Of a stretch of DNA of 64,000 nucleotides, positions 19,985-31,752 are shown in pieces. A program made the translations under genes and the position numbers. Under the pieces are notes generated by a model that had not been told where the DNA came from, searched no databases, and was given only the letters and a program-made list of their open reading frames with translations. Source of the DNA: an uncultured Gammaproteobacteria bacterium (lineage in GTDB: Bacteria; Pseudomonadota; Gammaproteobacteria; Poriferisulfidales; GCA-002705445). The stretch's first letter is position 1. Each line of letters starts with the position of its first letter. The stretch is from the NCBI GenBank assembly GCA_913050095.1, contig CAJXAV010000003.1, positions 577-64,576 on the forward strand, read 5' to 3'.

Positions 19985-22467
19985 TATTCTATTTTTCTGG
20001 CTACCTCTATTCTTGTAAATACTTCTATATTATCACCAGGTTTAACATCATTGTAATTCTTTACTGCTATACCACATTCAGTTCCTAATTTTACTTCTTT
20101 TACATCATCTTTATGTCTTCTGAGAGACTCTAATTCACCCTCGTAAATTACCACATTATCTCTTAAAACCCTTATTGGATTACCTTTAACGACACTTCCT
20201 TCTATAACTTGGCATCCGGCGACAGCGCCCATGGCTGATGACTTAAATACGTCTTTGACTTCTGCAAGACCAACAATTTCCTCTTTTGTGTCTGGAGTTA
20301 GCAGCCCGCTCATTCCAGCTTTAACATCATCTATTAAATTATAAATTATACTGTAATATCTTAGGTCTATATTTTTTTCAACAACAGTTTTTCTTGCCTG
20401 ATTATCTGCTCGTACATTAAATCCTAGAATCATTGCATTTGAAGCTTCGGCTAATGCAATATCTGATTCATTTATCGCTCCAACTGATGAACTAATAATT
20501 TTTACCATTACCTCTTCGTTATTTAATTTTAAAAGTGATTCACAAATTGCTTGGGAACTTCCTTGAACATCTGTTTTTAATAAAATATTAAAAGTTGGGA
20601 TTTCTCCTTTCTTTAAATTGCTAAATATATTATCTAGTGTTGGCGCCTGATATTGTGAAGCAAACTTACTATCTCTTATTTTATTTTTTCTAATTTCTGC
20701 TATTTCTCGAATTTTTTTATCATTAACAGCTGATAAAACTTCATCGCCTACCTCTGGTGCACCTGACAGTCCTAAAACAACTACTGGTGTTGATGGTGTT
20801 GCTGTATCTACTTTTTTTCCATCCTGGTCAATCATTGCTCTTATTCTTCCAAATTCTTGTCCACATAAAATATTATCACCTGTATTCATACAGCCCTTTT
20901 GAACTAAAACTGTTGCTGTTGCACCTTTACCTTTGTCAAGAGCAGACTCTAATACAATACCTGTAGCAGAACCTTTGGACACTGCTTTTAATTCTAATAG
21001 TTCAGCTAATAATGAAATTGATTCTAATAATTTATCTACACCTGTTCCTTCTTTTGCAGATACCTCAACAAATATATTTTCACCACCCCATTCTTCGGGA
21101 ATAATTTCATATTTTGTCAATTCAGTTTTTACGTTTTCCACATTTGAACCTTCTTTATCAATTTTATTAACAGCAACAATAATTGGAACACCTGCAGCTT
21201 TTGAGTGTTCTATAGCTTCTATTGTTTGGGGCTTCACGCCGTCATCTGCTGCAACAACTAAAATTACAATATCTGTGCAATTTGCACCACGAGCTCTCAT
21301 TGATGTGAATGCAGCATGCCCTGGAGTATCTAAAAAAGTTAACAAACCGTGTTTTGTTTTCACTTGATAAGCACCAATGTGTTGCGTAATACCTCCGGCT
21401 TCTCCTGAAGCAATTCTTGTAGACCTTATGTAATCCAATAAAGATGTTTTACCATGATCTACATGCCCCATAATTGTGATTGCAGGTGGTCTTGATTCTG
21501 CATCATATTTATCGTCAGACTCAATAGTAAGAAGATTTTTTTCTAAATTTTCATAATCAATCGTTGTTACCTTATGCCCCATTTCTTCAACAACTAGTGT
21601 AGCTGTGTCCTGGTCTAAAGTTTCGTTTATTGTTGCCATAACCCCCATACCCATGAGCGTCTTAATAACTTCGGCAGACTTTACGGATATAGCCGATGAA
21701 AGCTCTGATACTGTTATATATTCTCCTAGCTCTACAGTATAAATAACTGGTTCTGTAGGTTTTTCAAATTGATGCTTATCATCACTTGATGCATCTTTGG
21801 TTTTTTTTGATGATTTTCTTCTTATAACTCTATTATCGTCTGATATATGAATTTTTTGTCTTCTATTTTTTGGTTTTAATGAAGCATTAGACTTATCCTC
21901 ATTTACAAATTTTGTCTTAGACTTCTTTCTCCTTTTTTTACTGCTATCATCAGACTTATCGTCTTCTTGTATACTTTTCTCACTTTGGTTATTTGATTTT
22001 GTAGCGCCATCTTCAGAAATACTCTCTTGATTCTGATCTATTTCACTTATACTTTGTTGATTTAATTCACTTTCAGACAAAGTGTTTGCAATGTCACTTA
22101 CTTCTTCTGGATCTGATGGAAGCTGTTTTTCGTTGGAGTTAATTTTCGCATCATCTTTTTTTGTAATTTGATTATTTACTTTAGAAAATACTCTTTTTTT
22201 TCTTATCACTGTTTTAGATTTACTTTTTTCTTTATCTTTTTGCTTTATATCTATTTCAGATTCTTTCGAAGATTCGATATTATCAATTGAAGTACTTTTT
22301 TTATTTTGATTATTTCTTACATAATTTAATAGTTGCATTTTTTCTTCATCACTTATTAAATCATTTTCTTTTTTCTTTTCTACACCAGCAAGCTCCAGTT
22401 GATCAATCAGTCTCGTTACTGATAACCCAACAGTCTTGGAAAACTCTTTAACTGTGATGTCTGTCAT
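19984..22467 (-). CDS. infB: Translation initiation factor IF-2
   Basis: [34 protein letters not shown]. Confidence 0.99.
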   Translation of the reverse strand: MTDITVKEFSKTVGLSVTRLIDQLELAGVEKKKENDLISDEEKMQLLNYVRNNQNKKSTSIDNIESSKESEIDIKQKDKEKSKSKTVIRKKRVFSKVNNQITKKDDAKINSNEKQLPSDPEEVSDIANTLSESELNQQSISEIDQNQESISEDGATKSNNQSEKSIQEDDKSDDSSKKRRKKSKTKFVNEDKSNASLKPKNRRQKIHISDDNRVIRRKSSKKTKDASSDDKHQFEKPTEPVIYTVELGEYITVSELSSAISVKSAEVIKTLMGMGVMATINETLDQDTATLVVEEMGHKVTTIDYENLEKNLLTIESDDKYDAESRPPAITIMGHVDHGKTSLLDYIRSTRIASGEAGGITQHIGAYQVKTKHGLLTFLDTPGHAAFTSMRARGANCTDIVILVVAADDGVKPQTIEAIEHSKAAGVPIIVAVNKIDKEGSNVENVKTELTKYEIIPEEWGGENIFVEVSAKEGTGVDKLLESISLLAELLELKAVSKGSATGIVLESALDKGKGATATVLVQKGCMNTGDNILCGQEFGRIRAMIDQDGKKVDTATPSTPVVVLGLSGAPEVGDEVLSAVNDKKIREIAEIRKNKIRDSKFASQYQAPTLDNIFSNLKKGEIPTFNILLKTDVQGSSQAICESLLKLNNEEVMVKIISSSVGAINESDIALAEASNAMILGFNVRADNQARKTVVEKNIDLRYYSIIYNLIDDVKAGMSGLLTPDTKEEIVGLAEVKDVFKSSAMGAVAGCQVIEGSVVKGNPIRVLRDNVVIYEGELESLRRHKDDVKEVKLGTECGIAVKNYNDVKPGDNIEVFTRIEVARKIE

Positions 22468-22470
22468 TTT

Positions 22471-23967
22471 TTAATTTTTCCCCTCAAACATTGGCGCTCT
22501 AGCGGTCATAATTAATTTTCCGGCCAGTTCTTCAGTCATATTATTAATTGGTAATAACTCATCTATTGATTGGTCCGCTAGATCATCAATAGTTATTATT
22601 CCCCTGCAGGCTAGTTCAAATGCTAAATCGTTTGTCATTCCTTCCATTTCCAATAATGCTTTTGATGGTTCTGCATCCATATCTAATGACTCAGGATTTA
22701 TAGCTTGCTTTAACAAGTAATCTCTTGCTTTGCTTCTTATATCTTCAACAATATTTTCATCCAATGCATCTATTTCTGACATATCTTTTGGTGGGGCATA
22801 AGCTATCTCATCTACGCTAGAAAAACCTTCTTGTGCCAGCGTTAATGCTACCTCGGGAGTTATATCAAGATATTTTACAAAGCTTTCACTAATAATTTTT
22901 GTCTCTGCTTCACTTTTCTCATCAACTTGTCCTTCTGTCATTACATTTAAGTCCCAGCCGGTAAGTTGGCTAGCTAGTTTTACATTTTGCCCGCCTCTTC
23001 CGATGGCTTGCGATAACTTTTCTTCTTCAACAGCTATATCCATACTTTTTGAATCTTCGTCCATCACTATTGATAAAACTGCTGCGGGCGACATTGCATT
23101 TATTACAAATTGTGCTGGGTTTTCATCCCACAAAATAATATCTATCCTCTCTCCTGCAATTTCATTTGAAACTGATTGCACTCTTGAACCACGCATTCCG
23201 ACACACGCTCCAACAGGATCAAGTCTAGGATCATTTGATTTTACAGATATCTTTGCTCTAACACCGGGATCCCTTGCAGCACTTAGTATTTCTATTAAAT
23301 CTTGTCCTACTTCTGGAACCTCTAAGCTAAATAGTTTAATTAAGAAATCAGGATGTGTTCTTGATAAAAATAATTGAGGCCCTTTTGCTTCCGCTCTCAC
23401 TTCTTTTAAATAAGCTCTAATTCTGTCACCATTTCTAATAGCTTCTCTTGGGATAAGATCATCTTTTTCAATAAATCCTTCAGTATTATTACCTAAATCT
23501 ATTAGCACACCGTGATGTTCTACACGTTTCACAATACCCATAATTAATTCGCCGACTTTATTTTCATATGATTCAACAACTCGAAGTCGTTCAGCTTCTC
23601 TTACTTTCTGAACAATAACTTGTTTTGCAGTATGGGCAGCGATTCTTCCAAATGGTACAGACTCTATTTCTTCTTCTATAGAGTCACCAATTTCTATTTC
23701 ACTATGTTGTTTTGTTGCGTAAGCATGAAGGATCTGCGCATCTGGGGATGTGAACTCTGGGTCATCATCTGAGAGAACTGTCCATCTTCTATAAGTTGTA
23801 TAATCGCCTGTTGAACGATCTATTGCAACTCGCACATCGACGTCTTTTGAATATTTTTTTCTTGTAGCTGTTGCCAAAGCAATTTCAATTGCGTTAAAAA
23901 TAATTTCTTTATCAACATTTTTTTCATTTGAAACAGCATCAACAACATTTAAAATTTCTTTACTCAT
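22471..23967 (-). CDS. nusA: Transcription termination/antitermination factor NusA
   Basis: FGRIAAHTAKQVI, DPVGACVGMRGSRVQ, AIGRGGQNV and two C-terminal acidic repeats. Confidence 0.99.
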   Translation of the reverse strand: MSKEILNVVDAVSNEKNVDKEIIFNAIEIALATATRKKYSKDVDVRVAIDRSTGDYTTYRRWTVLSDDDPEFTSPDAQILHAYATKQHSEIEIGDSIEEEIESVPFGRIAAHTAKQVIVQKVREAERLRVVESYENKVGELIMGIVKRVEHHGVLIDLGNNTEGFIEKDDLIPREAIRNGDRIRAYLKEVRAEAKGPQLFLSRTHPDFLIKLFSLEVPEVGQDLIEILSAARDPGVRAKISVKSNDPRLDPVGACVGMRGSRVQSVSNEIAGERIDIILWDENPAQFVINAMSPAAVLSIVMDEDSKSMDIAVEEEKLSQAIGRGGQNVKLASQLTGWDLNVMTEGQVDEKSEAETKIISESFVKYLDITPEVALTLAQEGFSSVDEIAYAPPKDMSEIDALDENIVEDIRSKARDYLLKQAINPESLDMDAEPSKALLEMEGMTNDLAFELACRGIITIDDLADQSIDELLPINNMTEELAGKLIMTARAPMFEGKN

Positions 23968-23982
23968 TTTAATCTCTCCAGA

Positions 23983-24423
23983 TTATATCTTTAATCTTGC
24001 ACTATCTATTGAGTCATATTTAATTTCGTAATTGTCTTTATTATCACAAACTACTACGTAATCACTTGTAACACTTTTTATAGTACCTTTAATATTTTTT
24101 CTGCTATTTACTAGCCATTTTAATTTTATCTTCACACCTTTATTAAGATATTTGCCAAAATGTTCCTCAGTTATTAAAACTCTATCAAAACCTGGTGACG
24201 ATACCTCTAATATATAATCAGGATCACATAATTCTTCAGAATCTAATAAGTGTGACACCTGATAACTTACTTTTTCACAATCATCTATTTTTATACCCGC
24301 TTTACTATCTATATATAAAGTAATTTTAATTGAATTATTTTGCTGCCCTATATTGATACCCCACATCTCGTATCCCATGGATGTAACAATTGGTTTTACC
24401 AGCTCTGAAATTTCATTTTTCAA
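23983..24423 (-). CDS. rimP: Ribosome maturation factor RimP
   Basis: YID...GIKIDDC, YILEVSSPGFDR; precedes nusA; TTG start with AGGTGG RBS. Confidence 0.95.
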   Translation of the reverse strand: MKNEISELVKPIVTSMGYEMWGINIGQQNNSIKITLYIDSKAGIKIDDCEKVSYQVSHLLDSEELCDPDYILEVSSPGFDRVLITEEHFGKYLNKGVKIKLKWLVNSRKNIKGTIKSVTSDYVVVCDNKDNYEIKYDSIDSARLKI

Positions 24424-24452
24424 TTAAAGTCCACCTATTCTACAAAAATTTT

Positions 24453-24528
24453 ACTCTTAGACGAAAAAAACCCCATATAGGGGCTATAAAAAATCCCCAT
24501 TAATGGGGTCCAATAGTGTCTAACGAGT
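24453..24528 (-). promoter_or_regulatory. rimP leader-like attenuator with two tandem CCCC/GGGG hairpins, each followed by a U tract
   Basis: Minus strand CCCCATTAATGGGG-ATTTTTT then GCCCCTATATGGGG-TTTTTTT, enclosed by ACTCGTTAGAC...GTCTAAGAGT; position matches the known gammaproteobacterial rimP leader. Confidence 0.7.
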
Positions 24529-24639
24529 TACAAATAGTAGTATATTTTGGAAAGCTGCAAACATCAACATATTTAAAAAAGTTATTATTTTCATATATTT
24601 CTGCAAATAAACTAAAAATGTATTGAATTTAAAAAATAT

Positions 24640-26466
24640 CTAAGATTCTCCTTGCTCCCTAAGGTTTCTTTTTCTTTCATTTGGATCTAAAAATCTCTTC
24701 CTTAATCTTAAACTTTGTGGTGTAACCTCTAATAATTCGTCTTCATTTATATATGACATCATTTGTTCCAAGGACATCATTCTAGGGGGTACTAGAGTTA
24801 CAGCTTTATCTGTCCCAGACGCTCTTACATTTGTAAGTTGCTTACCCTTCATAACATTAATTGCTAGATCATTTTCTTTGCTATGCTCACCAACAATCAT
24901 TCCTTGATAAACTTTTGTTTGCGGCTCTATAAACATTATTCCACTTGATTGAAGATTGAAAATTGCATATGCAACTGCTGTTCCTGTTTCTGTGGATATT
25001 AAAGCACCATTTCTTCTTGATCCCATTTCCCCTTTATATTTATCATATGAATGAAAAACTCTGTTTATGACGCCGGTTCCTCTGGTATCAGTTAAAAATC
25101 TGCTTTGGTACCCAATCAATCCTCTAGAAGGAGCTAAAAATATTAAACGTACTTTGCCTCCCTCTGCTGATTTCATATCAATCATTTCAGATTTTCTTTG
25201 ATTCATTCCGTCGATTACTGTACTTGAAAATTCTTTATCAACATCAATTGTAACTTCTTCTATTGGCTCAAGTTTGTTGTTACTGCTATCTGTTTTATAT
25301 AAAACATTTGGCCTTGAAACAGTCAGCTCGAAACCTTCGCGTCTCATTTGCTCAACAAGAACTCCTAGCTGAAGTTCTCCCCTTCCACCGATTTCAAAAG
25401 CATCTTTATTATCATTCTCAGAAAATGTTATGGCAACATTTACTTCTGCTTCCGCAATTAATCGCTCCCTGATTACAGTAGAAGTAACTTTTTTTCCTTC
25501 TAGACCAGCCAATGGAGAATCATTAACCAAAATTGTTACAGACATTGTTGGTGGGTCAATAGGAGTAGATTGAATAGGAACTGAAACTTCTGCGCTACAA
25601 ATTGTGTCTGCTACAGAAGTTTTCGTTAAGCCAGCAATACAAATTATATCTCCTGCATGAACTTCATTTACTGGAACTCTATCTGCACCATTAAATCTTA
25701 GAAGTTTTGTTAGCCTTCCAGTTTCTACCGTGTTTCCATCTAAATTAATAGACTTAACATTATCATTAACTTTTGCAGATCCTTGTTCAACTTTTCCAAT
25801 TAAACATCTTCCAAGATATGGATCTGAATCTAATAACGTCGATAGCATTGCAAACGGTTTTTCGATTTCTACTTTTGGTGGAGAAACATATTCTAATATT
25901 AGATCCAAAAGTGCATGCAAATTTTTTCTTTCGTTTGTTAGTTCTGAAATACACCAACCATCTCTACCAGATGCATACATAATTGGAAAATCTAGTTGCT
26001 CATCATTGGCGTCTAAAGCAACAAATAAGTCAAATACTTCATCAATAACTTCATCTGGTCTACCGTCAGGTCTATCAACTTTATTTATTATAACAATTGG
26101 TTTTAATCCTTGAGCTAAAGCTTTTCCAAGTACAAATTTTGTTTGAGGCATAGGCCCTTCGGCAGCATCAGTAAGTAATATAACCCCATCTGCCATTCCT
26201 AATACTCTTTCAACTTCTCCCCCAAAATCTGCATGACCAGGTGTATCAATAATATTAATTCTAGTCTCTTTCCAATTCACTGAAGTTGGCTTTGCTAGAA
26301 TTGTTATACCTCTCTCTTTTTCTAAATCGCCAGAGTCCATTAATCTTTCTTCTACTTGTTGATTTTCTCTAAATGTGCCGCTTTGTTTTAAAATAGAATC
26401 AATTAAAGTAGTTTTACCATGGTCAACATGGGCGATAATAGCGATATTTCGCATATCTTCAGACAT
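24640..26466 (-). CDS. typA: Translational GTPase TypA/BipA
   Basis: RNIAIIAHVDHGKTT, ERGITILAK, DTPGHADFGGEVER, GRGELQL, LTNVRASG, EVTPQSLRLRK; ATG at 26466 has an AGGTG RBS. Confidence 0.98.
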   Translation of the reverse strand: MSEDMRNIAIIAHVDHGKTTLIDSILKQSGTFRENQQVEERLMDSGDLEKERGITILAKPTSVNWKETRINIIDTPGHADFGGEVERVLGMADGVILLTDAAEGPMPQTKFVLGKALAQGLKPIVIINKVDRPDGRPDEVIDEVFDLFVALDANDEQLDFPIMYASGRDGWCISELTNERKNLHALLDLILEYVSPPKVEIEKPFAMLSTLLDSDPYLGRCLIGKVEQGSAKVNDNVKSINLDGNTVETGRLTKLLRFNGADRVPVNEVHAGDIICIAGLTKTSVADTICSAEVSVPIQSTPIDPPTMSVTILVNDSPLAGLEGKKVTSTVIRERLIAEAEVNVAITFSENDNKDAFEIGGRGELQLGVLVEQMRREGFELTVSRPNVLYKTDSSNNKLEPIEEVTIDVDKEFSSTVIDGMNQRKSEMIDMKSAEGGKVRLIFLAPSRGLIGYQSRFLTDTRGTGVINRVFHSYDKYKGEMGSRRNGALISTETGTAVAYAIFNLQSSGIMFIEPQTKVYQGMIVGEHSKENDLAINVMKGKQLTNVRASGTDKAVTLVPPRMMSLEQMMSYINEDELLEVTPQSLRLRKRFLDPNERKRNLREQGES

Positions 26467-26496
26467 AAGCACCTATAATTTTGTAATAAGAAAATA

Positions 26497-26573
<77 letters not shown>

Positions 26574-26609
26574 CCGTATGTATGGAGTGTACTAAAGAAA
26601 TATAAATTA

Positions 26610-28043
26610 TCAAGTAAGTATATTAAAAATATACTTAAATATGGGTTCTGGAAACAAAAATACCATTATAATAATTGCAGGGATAAATGATAAAATTAAA
26701 ACTGATAATTTATCTCCTCTATTTACTAAACTATTTATTCCAGGCTCAAAAAACATAAACCAAATTATACGTAAGTAATAATATAAACCCACAACTGTCA
26801 TTAAGATAACCAAAGTTGCTACCAATATTAAATCTTTACTTATTAATGAATCTATAACTAAATACTTTGCATAAAATCCAACCGTTAAAGGAATTCCAGC
26901 TGTCGAAAGAAGTGTAACCATAAATAATACTGATATAAATCCTAAGGATGCTGACAACCCTTTAAAATCTTTAATATAAACCAAATTATATTTTTTAGAT
27001 GAAATATAGGTTACTAGTGAAATTAATGAAACCGTAGCAAAAGAATAGGAAGCAACGTAAAAAGCAGATACAGAAAAATTATATTCAATAGCAGCATACA
27101 AAGCTAGAAAAATAAATCCTGAGTTAGCTACTCCAGAGTAAGCAATTAATCTCATAATTTTCTTTTGTGCTAGTGCATAAAGGTTTCCAACTATTACTGA
27201 AAATATTCCGAGAAACAAGAATATATTATGAAAGTTATCAATTTGCATAATATTATTGCCATCTAAAAATTTATAAGCTAAAACGAAGAATGCGATTTTT
27301 GGTATCGAAGATATAAAATTTGTTACGGGTAACGGTGAACCCTCATAAACGTCAGGCAGCCACATATGAAATGGGGCTACAGCAAATTTGAAAGCGACTC
27401 CAATAAATATCAAAATATATGAAAATAGATAGAGATTACTAATTTCATTGGTATTTGAAAAAACAATAATTTCTGATATTGAGAGCGAGTTAGTTAAGCC
27501 ATACAGATATGAAAATCCAAACAACATAATTGCAGATGCAATAATACTTAAAACGAAATATTTGATAGCAGCTTCACTTGATAAGCTGTTTGATTTATCT
27601 AAAGCAATTAATGAGTATAAGCTTAAAGAAGAAAGCTCTATTCCTAAAAATAGGACAATTAAGTTATCTGCAGAAATTATTATAAGACATCCTATTAAAG
27701 CAAATATTAATAAGGAGTAGAACTCTCCAGAATCTAATTTTCTAATATTTAAATATTTTCTAGAAATTAAAACTTGGATTAAAAAAATAAAATAACAAAT
27801 GTATTTAAAAAACTCTGTTATATCATTTTTCACTATCGAAGCATTAAATAAGGATAATGCTGTTTCAGGATACACCATGTAAGAAAAAGAAGAAGCCAAC
27901 AAAATAGATAAAATTGTTAATTGAAATACATATTTTTTCAAAAATTCTAGCGTTCCTATTAATAGTATAACCATGGATGATATTGATAATATAATCTCCG
28001 GCATAAAGTGAAATAAACTTGTAATTGTATTTTGTATAATCAT
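26610..28043 (-). CDS. nuoN: NADH-quinone oxidoreductase subunit N
   Basis: EAAIKYF, FKFAVAPFHMWLPDVYEG, AGIPLTVGFYAK. Confidence 0.96.
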   Translation of the reverse strand: MIIQNTITSLFHFMPEIILSISSMVILLIGTLEFLKKYVFQLTILSILLASSFSYMVYPETALSLFNASIVKNDITEFFKYICYFIFLIQVLISRKYLNIRKLDSGEFYSLLIFALIGCLIIISADNLIVLFLGIELSSLSLYSLIALDKSNSLSSEAAIKYFVLSIIASAIMLFGFSYLYGLTNSLSISEIIVFSNTNEISNLYLFSYILIFIGVAFKFAVAPFHMWLPDVYEGSPLPVTNFISSIPKIAFFVLAYKFLDGNNIMQIDNFHNIFLFLGIFSVIVGNLYALAQKKIMRLIAYSGVANSGFIFLALYAAIEYNFSVSAFYVASYSFATVSLISLVTYISSKKYNLVYIKDFKGLSASLGFISVLFMVTLLSTAGIPLTVGFYAKYLVIDSLISKDLILVATLVILMTVVGLYYYLRIIWFMFFEPGINSLVNRGDKLSVLILSFIPAIIIMVFLFPEPIFKYIFNILT

Positions 28044-29539
28044 AATTTAAATATAATAGTTTCAGAAATATGTCTTAAGGATGTATTCATAAAATTCATA
28101 ATAAAATCTGGATAAATCCCTAGAATTATTATTATTAATGCAAGAGTAAATAAAATTAATTTTTCTAAGTTATTAGCGTCAATATTTTTATCTAAATCTA
28201 TTTTAATTTCTCCATAAATAACTCTTTTAACTAGCCATAAAGAATAAAATGCTGAGATTATTAGTGTAGAAGACGAAATAAAAGCGTATATAAAGTTTGC
28301 TTTAAAGGATGATATTATAATTAATAACTCACCTACAAAACTAGAAGTTCCAGGTAATCCACAATTAGCTAATGCAAAAAATAAAAAGAACCAGCTATAA
28401 ACTGGCATCTGATTTAATAAACCACTCAAATCTGATATTTTTTTTGTTTTATATCTGTCATATATAGAGCCCACGCATATAAACAATGATGCTGAAACAA
28501 AACCATGCGATATAATTTGGTATAAACTTCCTGAAAGACTTATGATCAAATCATCAACATTTGATGTTTTTTCAAATAATTGAAAAATTATAAAAAATCC
28601 TAAAGTAACAAATCCCATATGAGAAATAGAAGAATAAGCAATTAATTTTTTCATGTCATTTTGAGTTATAGCTATCAAGCCTACATAAGCAATTGCGATA
28701 AGTGATAAAATTATAAAATATATATCTAATGACATAGCTCCAATAGGCACAACAGGTAAAACATACCTAATAAATCCATAAGCTCCAACTTTTAAGAGTA
28801 TGGCAGCCAAAACAACAGACCCAGATGTTGGTGCTTGAACATGCGCATCTGGCAGCCATGTATGAAACGGGAACATTGGTATTTTAATTGCAAAAGCTAT
28901 TGCCATGGCTATAAAAAGCCATTCTTGTTCTACAAGAGTAAAATTAGCATCATATAAATAATTAATATCAAATGAGGAAATTTTAGAATTTATATATAAA
29001 AAAGAAATAAGTAACAGGACAGAGCCGAAAAAAGTATAAATGAAAAATTTTATAGAAGCATAGATTCTGTTAGCGCCACCCCATATACCAATAATTAAAA
29101 ACATTGGGATTAACAAAGCTTCAAAAAAAATATAAAATAAAATTGCGTCAAGTGAGGAAAACACACCTATGGTTAAACCATTTGCAATTAAAAAACTCGC
29201 GTAATACTGATTTCTTTTATCAATTTTTAAATTAAGATTATAAATTGAAACAATAAAAAATATTATTGTATTAAGAATTATTAGTAAAGTTGAGATTCCA
29301 TCAACACCAAGAAAATACTGAATATTTAAAGTATTTATCCAATTATATTTTTCTATAAACTGAAAAGCTTCAACGTCTTGTTTAAAGTTAATTAATAAAT
29401 ATATAGATAAAGCTAGAACAAAAAAATTGATTAATACATTGTAAATATTAAGGATTTTTTCATTTCTATTATAAAAATATAGAATAATACCTGATAATAT
29501 AGGAACCCATATTAATAACGATAATATGTTACTAATCAT
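28040..29539 (-). CDS. nuoM: NADH-quinone oxidoreductase subunit M
   Basis: GVDGIS, KIPMFPFHTWLPDAHVQAP, KKLIAYSSISHMG. Confidence 0.97.
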   Translation of the reverse strand: MISNILSLLIWVPILSGIILYFYNRNEKILNIYNVLINFFVLALSIYLLINFKQDVEAFQFIEKYNWINTLNIQYFLGVDGISTLLIILNTIIFFIVSIYNLNLKIDKRNQYYASFLIANGLTIGVFSSLDAILFYIFFEALLIPMFLIIGIWGGANRIYASIKFFIYTFFGSVLLLISFLYINSKISSFDINYLYDANFTLVEQEWLFIAMAIAFAIKIPMFPFHTWLPDAHVQAPTSGSVVLAAILLKVGAYGFIRYVLPVVPIGAMSLDIYFIILSLIAIAYVGLIAITQNDMKKLIAYSSISHMGFVTLGFFIIFQLFEKTSNVDDLIISLSGSLYQIISHGFVSASLFICVGSIYDRYKTKKISDLSGLLNQMPVYSWFFLFFALANCGLPGTSSFVGELLIIISSFKANFIYAFISSSTLIISAFYSLWLVKRVIYGEIKIDLDKNIDANNLEKLILFTLALIIIILGIYPDFIMNFMNTSLRHISETIIFKL

Positions 29540-31443
29540 AGTATCCTCGCAAGGATTATTCCAAAAATCACAACGATAGAAAAAACAAATAAAAATGCAT
29601 AATGGTACAAATATCCTGAACTTAAGCTTTTAAGTATTTGCGATAATTTATTAATTTTTTTTGGTAAACCGTTGACAATAAAGCCATCTATAAGGCCAAT
29701 ATCAAATTTACTTGCTAATAAAGAAGATATTTTTTTTGTTTTATTCGATGAATAAATAAATAATTCATCAAATTTATACTTAGTCTGAATAAATGATTTT
29801 AGTTTAATAGTTATAGCACTATTTAACATTTTAAATTTTCTTTCGTCTTTATATAATATTTTTGCCGCAAAAAAGCCAGTTATTAAAGCTATAGATGCAG
29901 GAGAAAGTATTCCATGACTTATGAATGGTAACATTCCCTCATAATGGATATCTTTTAAACCATAAAAATATATTGGCATATCTACAAAGGTTTTGATTAG
30001 ATATCCTGAAAATAATGAAAATATTGCAAGCAATATTAAAGGCAATAAAATAATCATTGACTGTTCTTTAATACTGGATAACTTACCTCCTCTAAAATCA
30101 CCGTGAAAAACAATAAACAAAAGTCTTAATGAGTATATTACTGTAACTAAGGCACCGATTAATAACATGTTATATGACACAAATGAAATTGTGGAGTTAT
30201 TATCTAACATTACCTCTAGTATTAAGTCTTTGGAAAAAAAGCCAGATGTTAAAGGAAATCCAATAATGCTAAGTGTTCCAATTAAAAAACAAATATATGT
30301 TACCGGTAATTTTGAACGTAAACCACCCATCTTTGTAATATCTTGATTATGATGTAAAGACATAATAATAGATCCAGCACACAGAAAAAGAAGAGCCTTA
30401 AAGAAAGCATGGGTAAACAAGTGAAAAAATGATACGGTGTAAGCACTAATTCCTAAGGCAGCAACCATATAACCTAGTTGCGATATCGTTGAATATGCAA
30501 TCACTCTTTTGATATCATTTTCATATATTGCAATAAGACCCATAAATAATGCAGTAGATGATCCTATTATTAAAATAAAACTATTTGTAAAATCTGTTAA
30601 TTCAAATAATGGCGAGAGTCTACCAACCATAAAAATTCCTGCTGTCACCATCGTTGCAGCGTGTATTAAAGCAGAAATAGGAGTAGGACCCTCCATTGAG
30701 TCTGGAAGCCATACATGAAGTGGAATCTGTGCAGACTTTGCCATCGCACCTATAAATAAAAATAAACAAGATAAATCTAAATAACTTAAGCCAAAATATG
30801 AGTCTAAATTTTCAAAATCAACTTTATTAATATTTATAAAAATCGTTCTATAATCAAAAGAATCAAATAATGCATATATCATTGCAATACCTAAAATAAA
30901 AAACATATCCCCGATTCTATTTATTAAAAAAGCTTTTAAATTTGCTTTTATGGCAGATTCTTTCTTGTAAAAAAAACCTATCAATAAATAAGATACTAAT
31001 CCTACACCTTCCCAACCAATAAATAACTGAATTAAATTATTTGACATCACTAGTAATATCATAGAAAAGGTAAATAGCGCGATGTAAGAAAAAAATCTTT
31101 TAAAATCCTTTTCTTCACTCATATAGCTAATACTATAAACATGTACAACAAATGATATCAAAAGAACGACAAATAACATTACTGCAGAGAACTTATCTAT
31201 TAAATAACCAATGCCAATTTCTAAGCTACTTATTGATATCCAATTATAAAAATTTTCATATAAGATTTGATCTTCATGCTTATAAATATTAAATAAAATT
31301 ATTGAAGAAAAAATTAAAGCAACAAAAACTAATGTTGAGCTTAAAATGCCAGCACTAATTTTACCAAGATTATTTGAACTTAGGCCCACTATCAATGAAC
31401 TAGTTAATAAAAGCAATGGAATAAATAGTAGTAATAGTTCCAT
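29536..31443 (-). CDS. nuoL: NADH-quinone oxidoreductase subunit L
   Basis: GWEGVGLVSYLLIGF, KSAQIPLHVWLPDSMEGPTPISALIHAATMV, HAFFKALLFL. Confidence 0.97.
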   Translation of the reverse strand: MELLLLFIPLLLLTSSLIVGLSSNNLGKISAGILSSTLVFVALIFSSIILFNIYKHEDQILYENFYNWISISSLEIGIGYLIDKFSAVMLFVVLLISFVVHVYSISYMSEEKDFKRFFSYIALFTFSMILLVMSNNLIQLFIGWEGVGLVSYLLIGFFYKKESAIKANLKAFLINRIGDMFFILGIAMIYALFDSFDYRTIFININKVDFENLDSYFGLSYLDLSCLFLFIGAMAKSAQIPLHVWLPDSMEGPTPISALIHAATMVTAGIFMVGRLSPLFELTDFTNSFILIIGSSTALFMGLIAIYENDIKRVIAYSTISQLGYMVAALGISAYTVSFFHLFTHAFFKALLFLCAGSIIMSLHHNQDITKMGGLRSKLPVTYICFLIGTLSIIGFPLTSGFFSKDLILEVMLDNNSTISFVSYNMLLIGALVTVIYSLRLLFIVFHGDFRGGKLSSIKEQSMIILLPLILLAIFSLFSGYLIKTFVDMPIYFYGLKDIHYEGMLPFISHGILSPASIALITGFFAAKILYKDERKFKMLNSAITIKLKSFIQTKYKFDELFIYSSNKTKKISSLLASKFDIGLIDGFIVNGLPKKINKLSQILKSLSSGYLYHYAFLFVFSIVVIFGIILARIL

Positions 31444-31446
31444 TTA

Positions 31447-31752
31447 TTATCCCTTAAGTTTATTAATTAAATTAATCTCTATTGAATTCTTAACTCTATA
31501 CAAAGCTACTATAATAGCTAGCCCAATAGCTGATTCTGCTGCTGCGACTGCCAATATAAAGAATACAAAAACTTGACCAGTGATATCGTTACTAAAATGC
31601 GAAAATACAATAAAGTTTGTGTTAACAGATAAAAGCATAAGCTCAATAGACATTAGTAATAAAAGAATATTTTTTCTATTTATAAATATCCCAGCAATAC
31701 TTATACAAAATAAAAGTAAGCTAAATACTAAATAATGGGTCATAGTTATCAT
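31447..31752 (-). CDS. nuoK: NADH-quinone oxidoreductase subunit K
   Basis: [22 protein letters not shown]. Confidence 0.97.
   Translation of the reverse strand: MITMTHYLVFSLLLFCISIAGIFINRKNILLLLMSIELMLLSVNTNFIVFSHFSNDITGQVFVFFILAVAAAESAIGLAIIVALYRVKNSIEINLINKLKG

Noticed and set aside
21780..22330. Low-complexity Lys/Ser/Asp-rich N-terminal region of IF-2
   Set aside because: The IF-2 N-terminal region is normally variable and low in complexity; no DNA-level tandem repeat.
24529..24639. Possible att site (duplicated tRNA-fMet 3' end) bounding the typA insertion
   Set aside because: No copy of the tRNA 3' sequence and no integrase found, so an active genomic island cannot be called.
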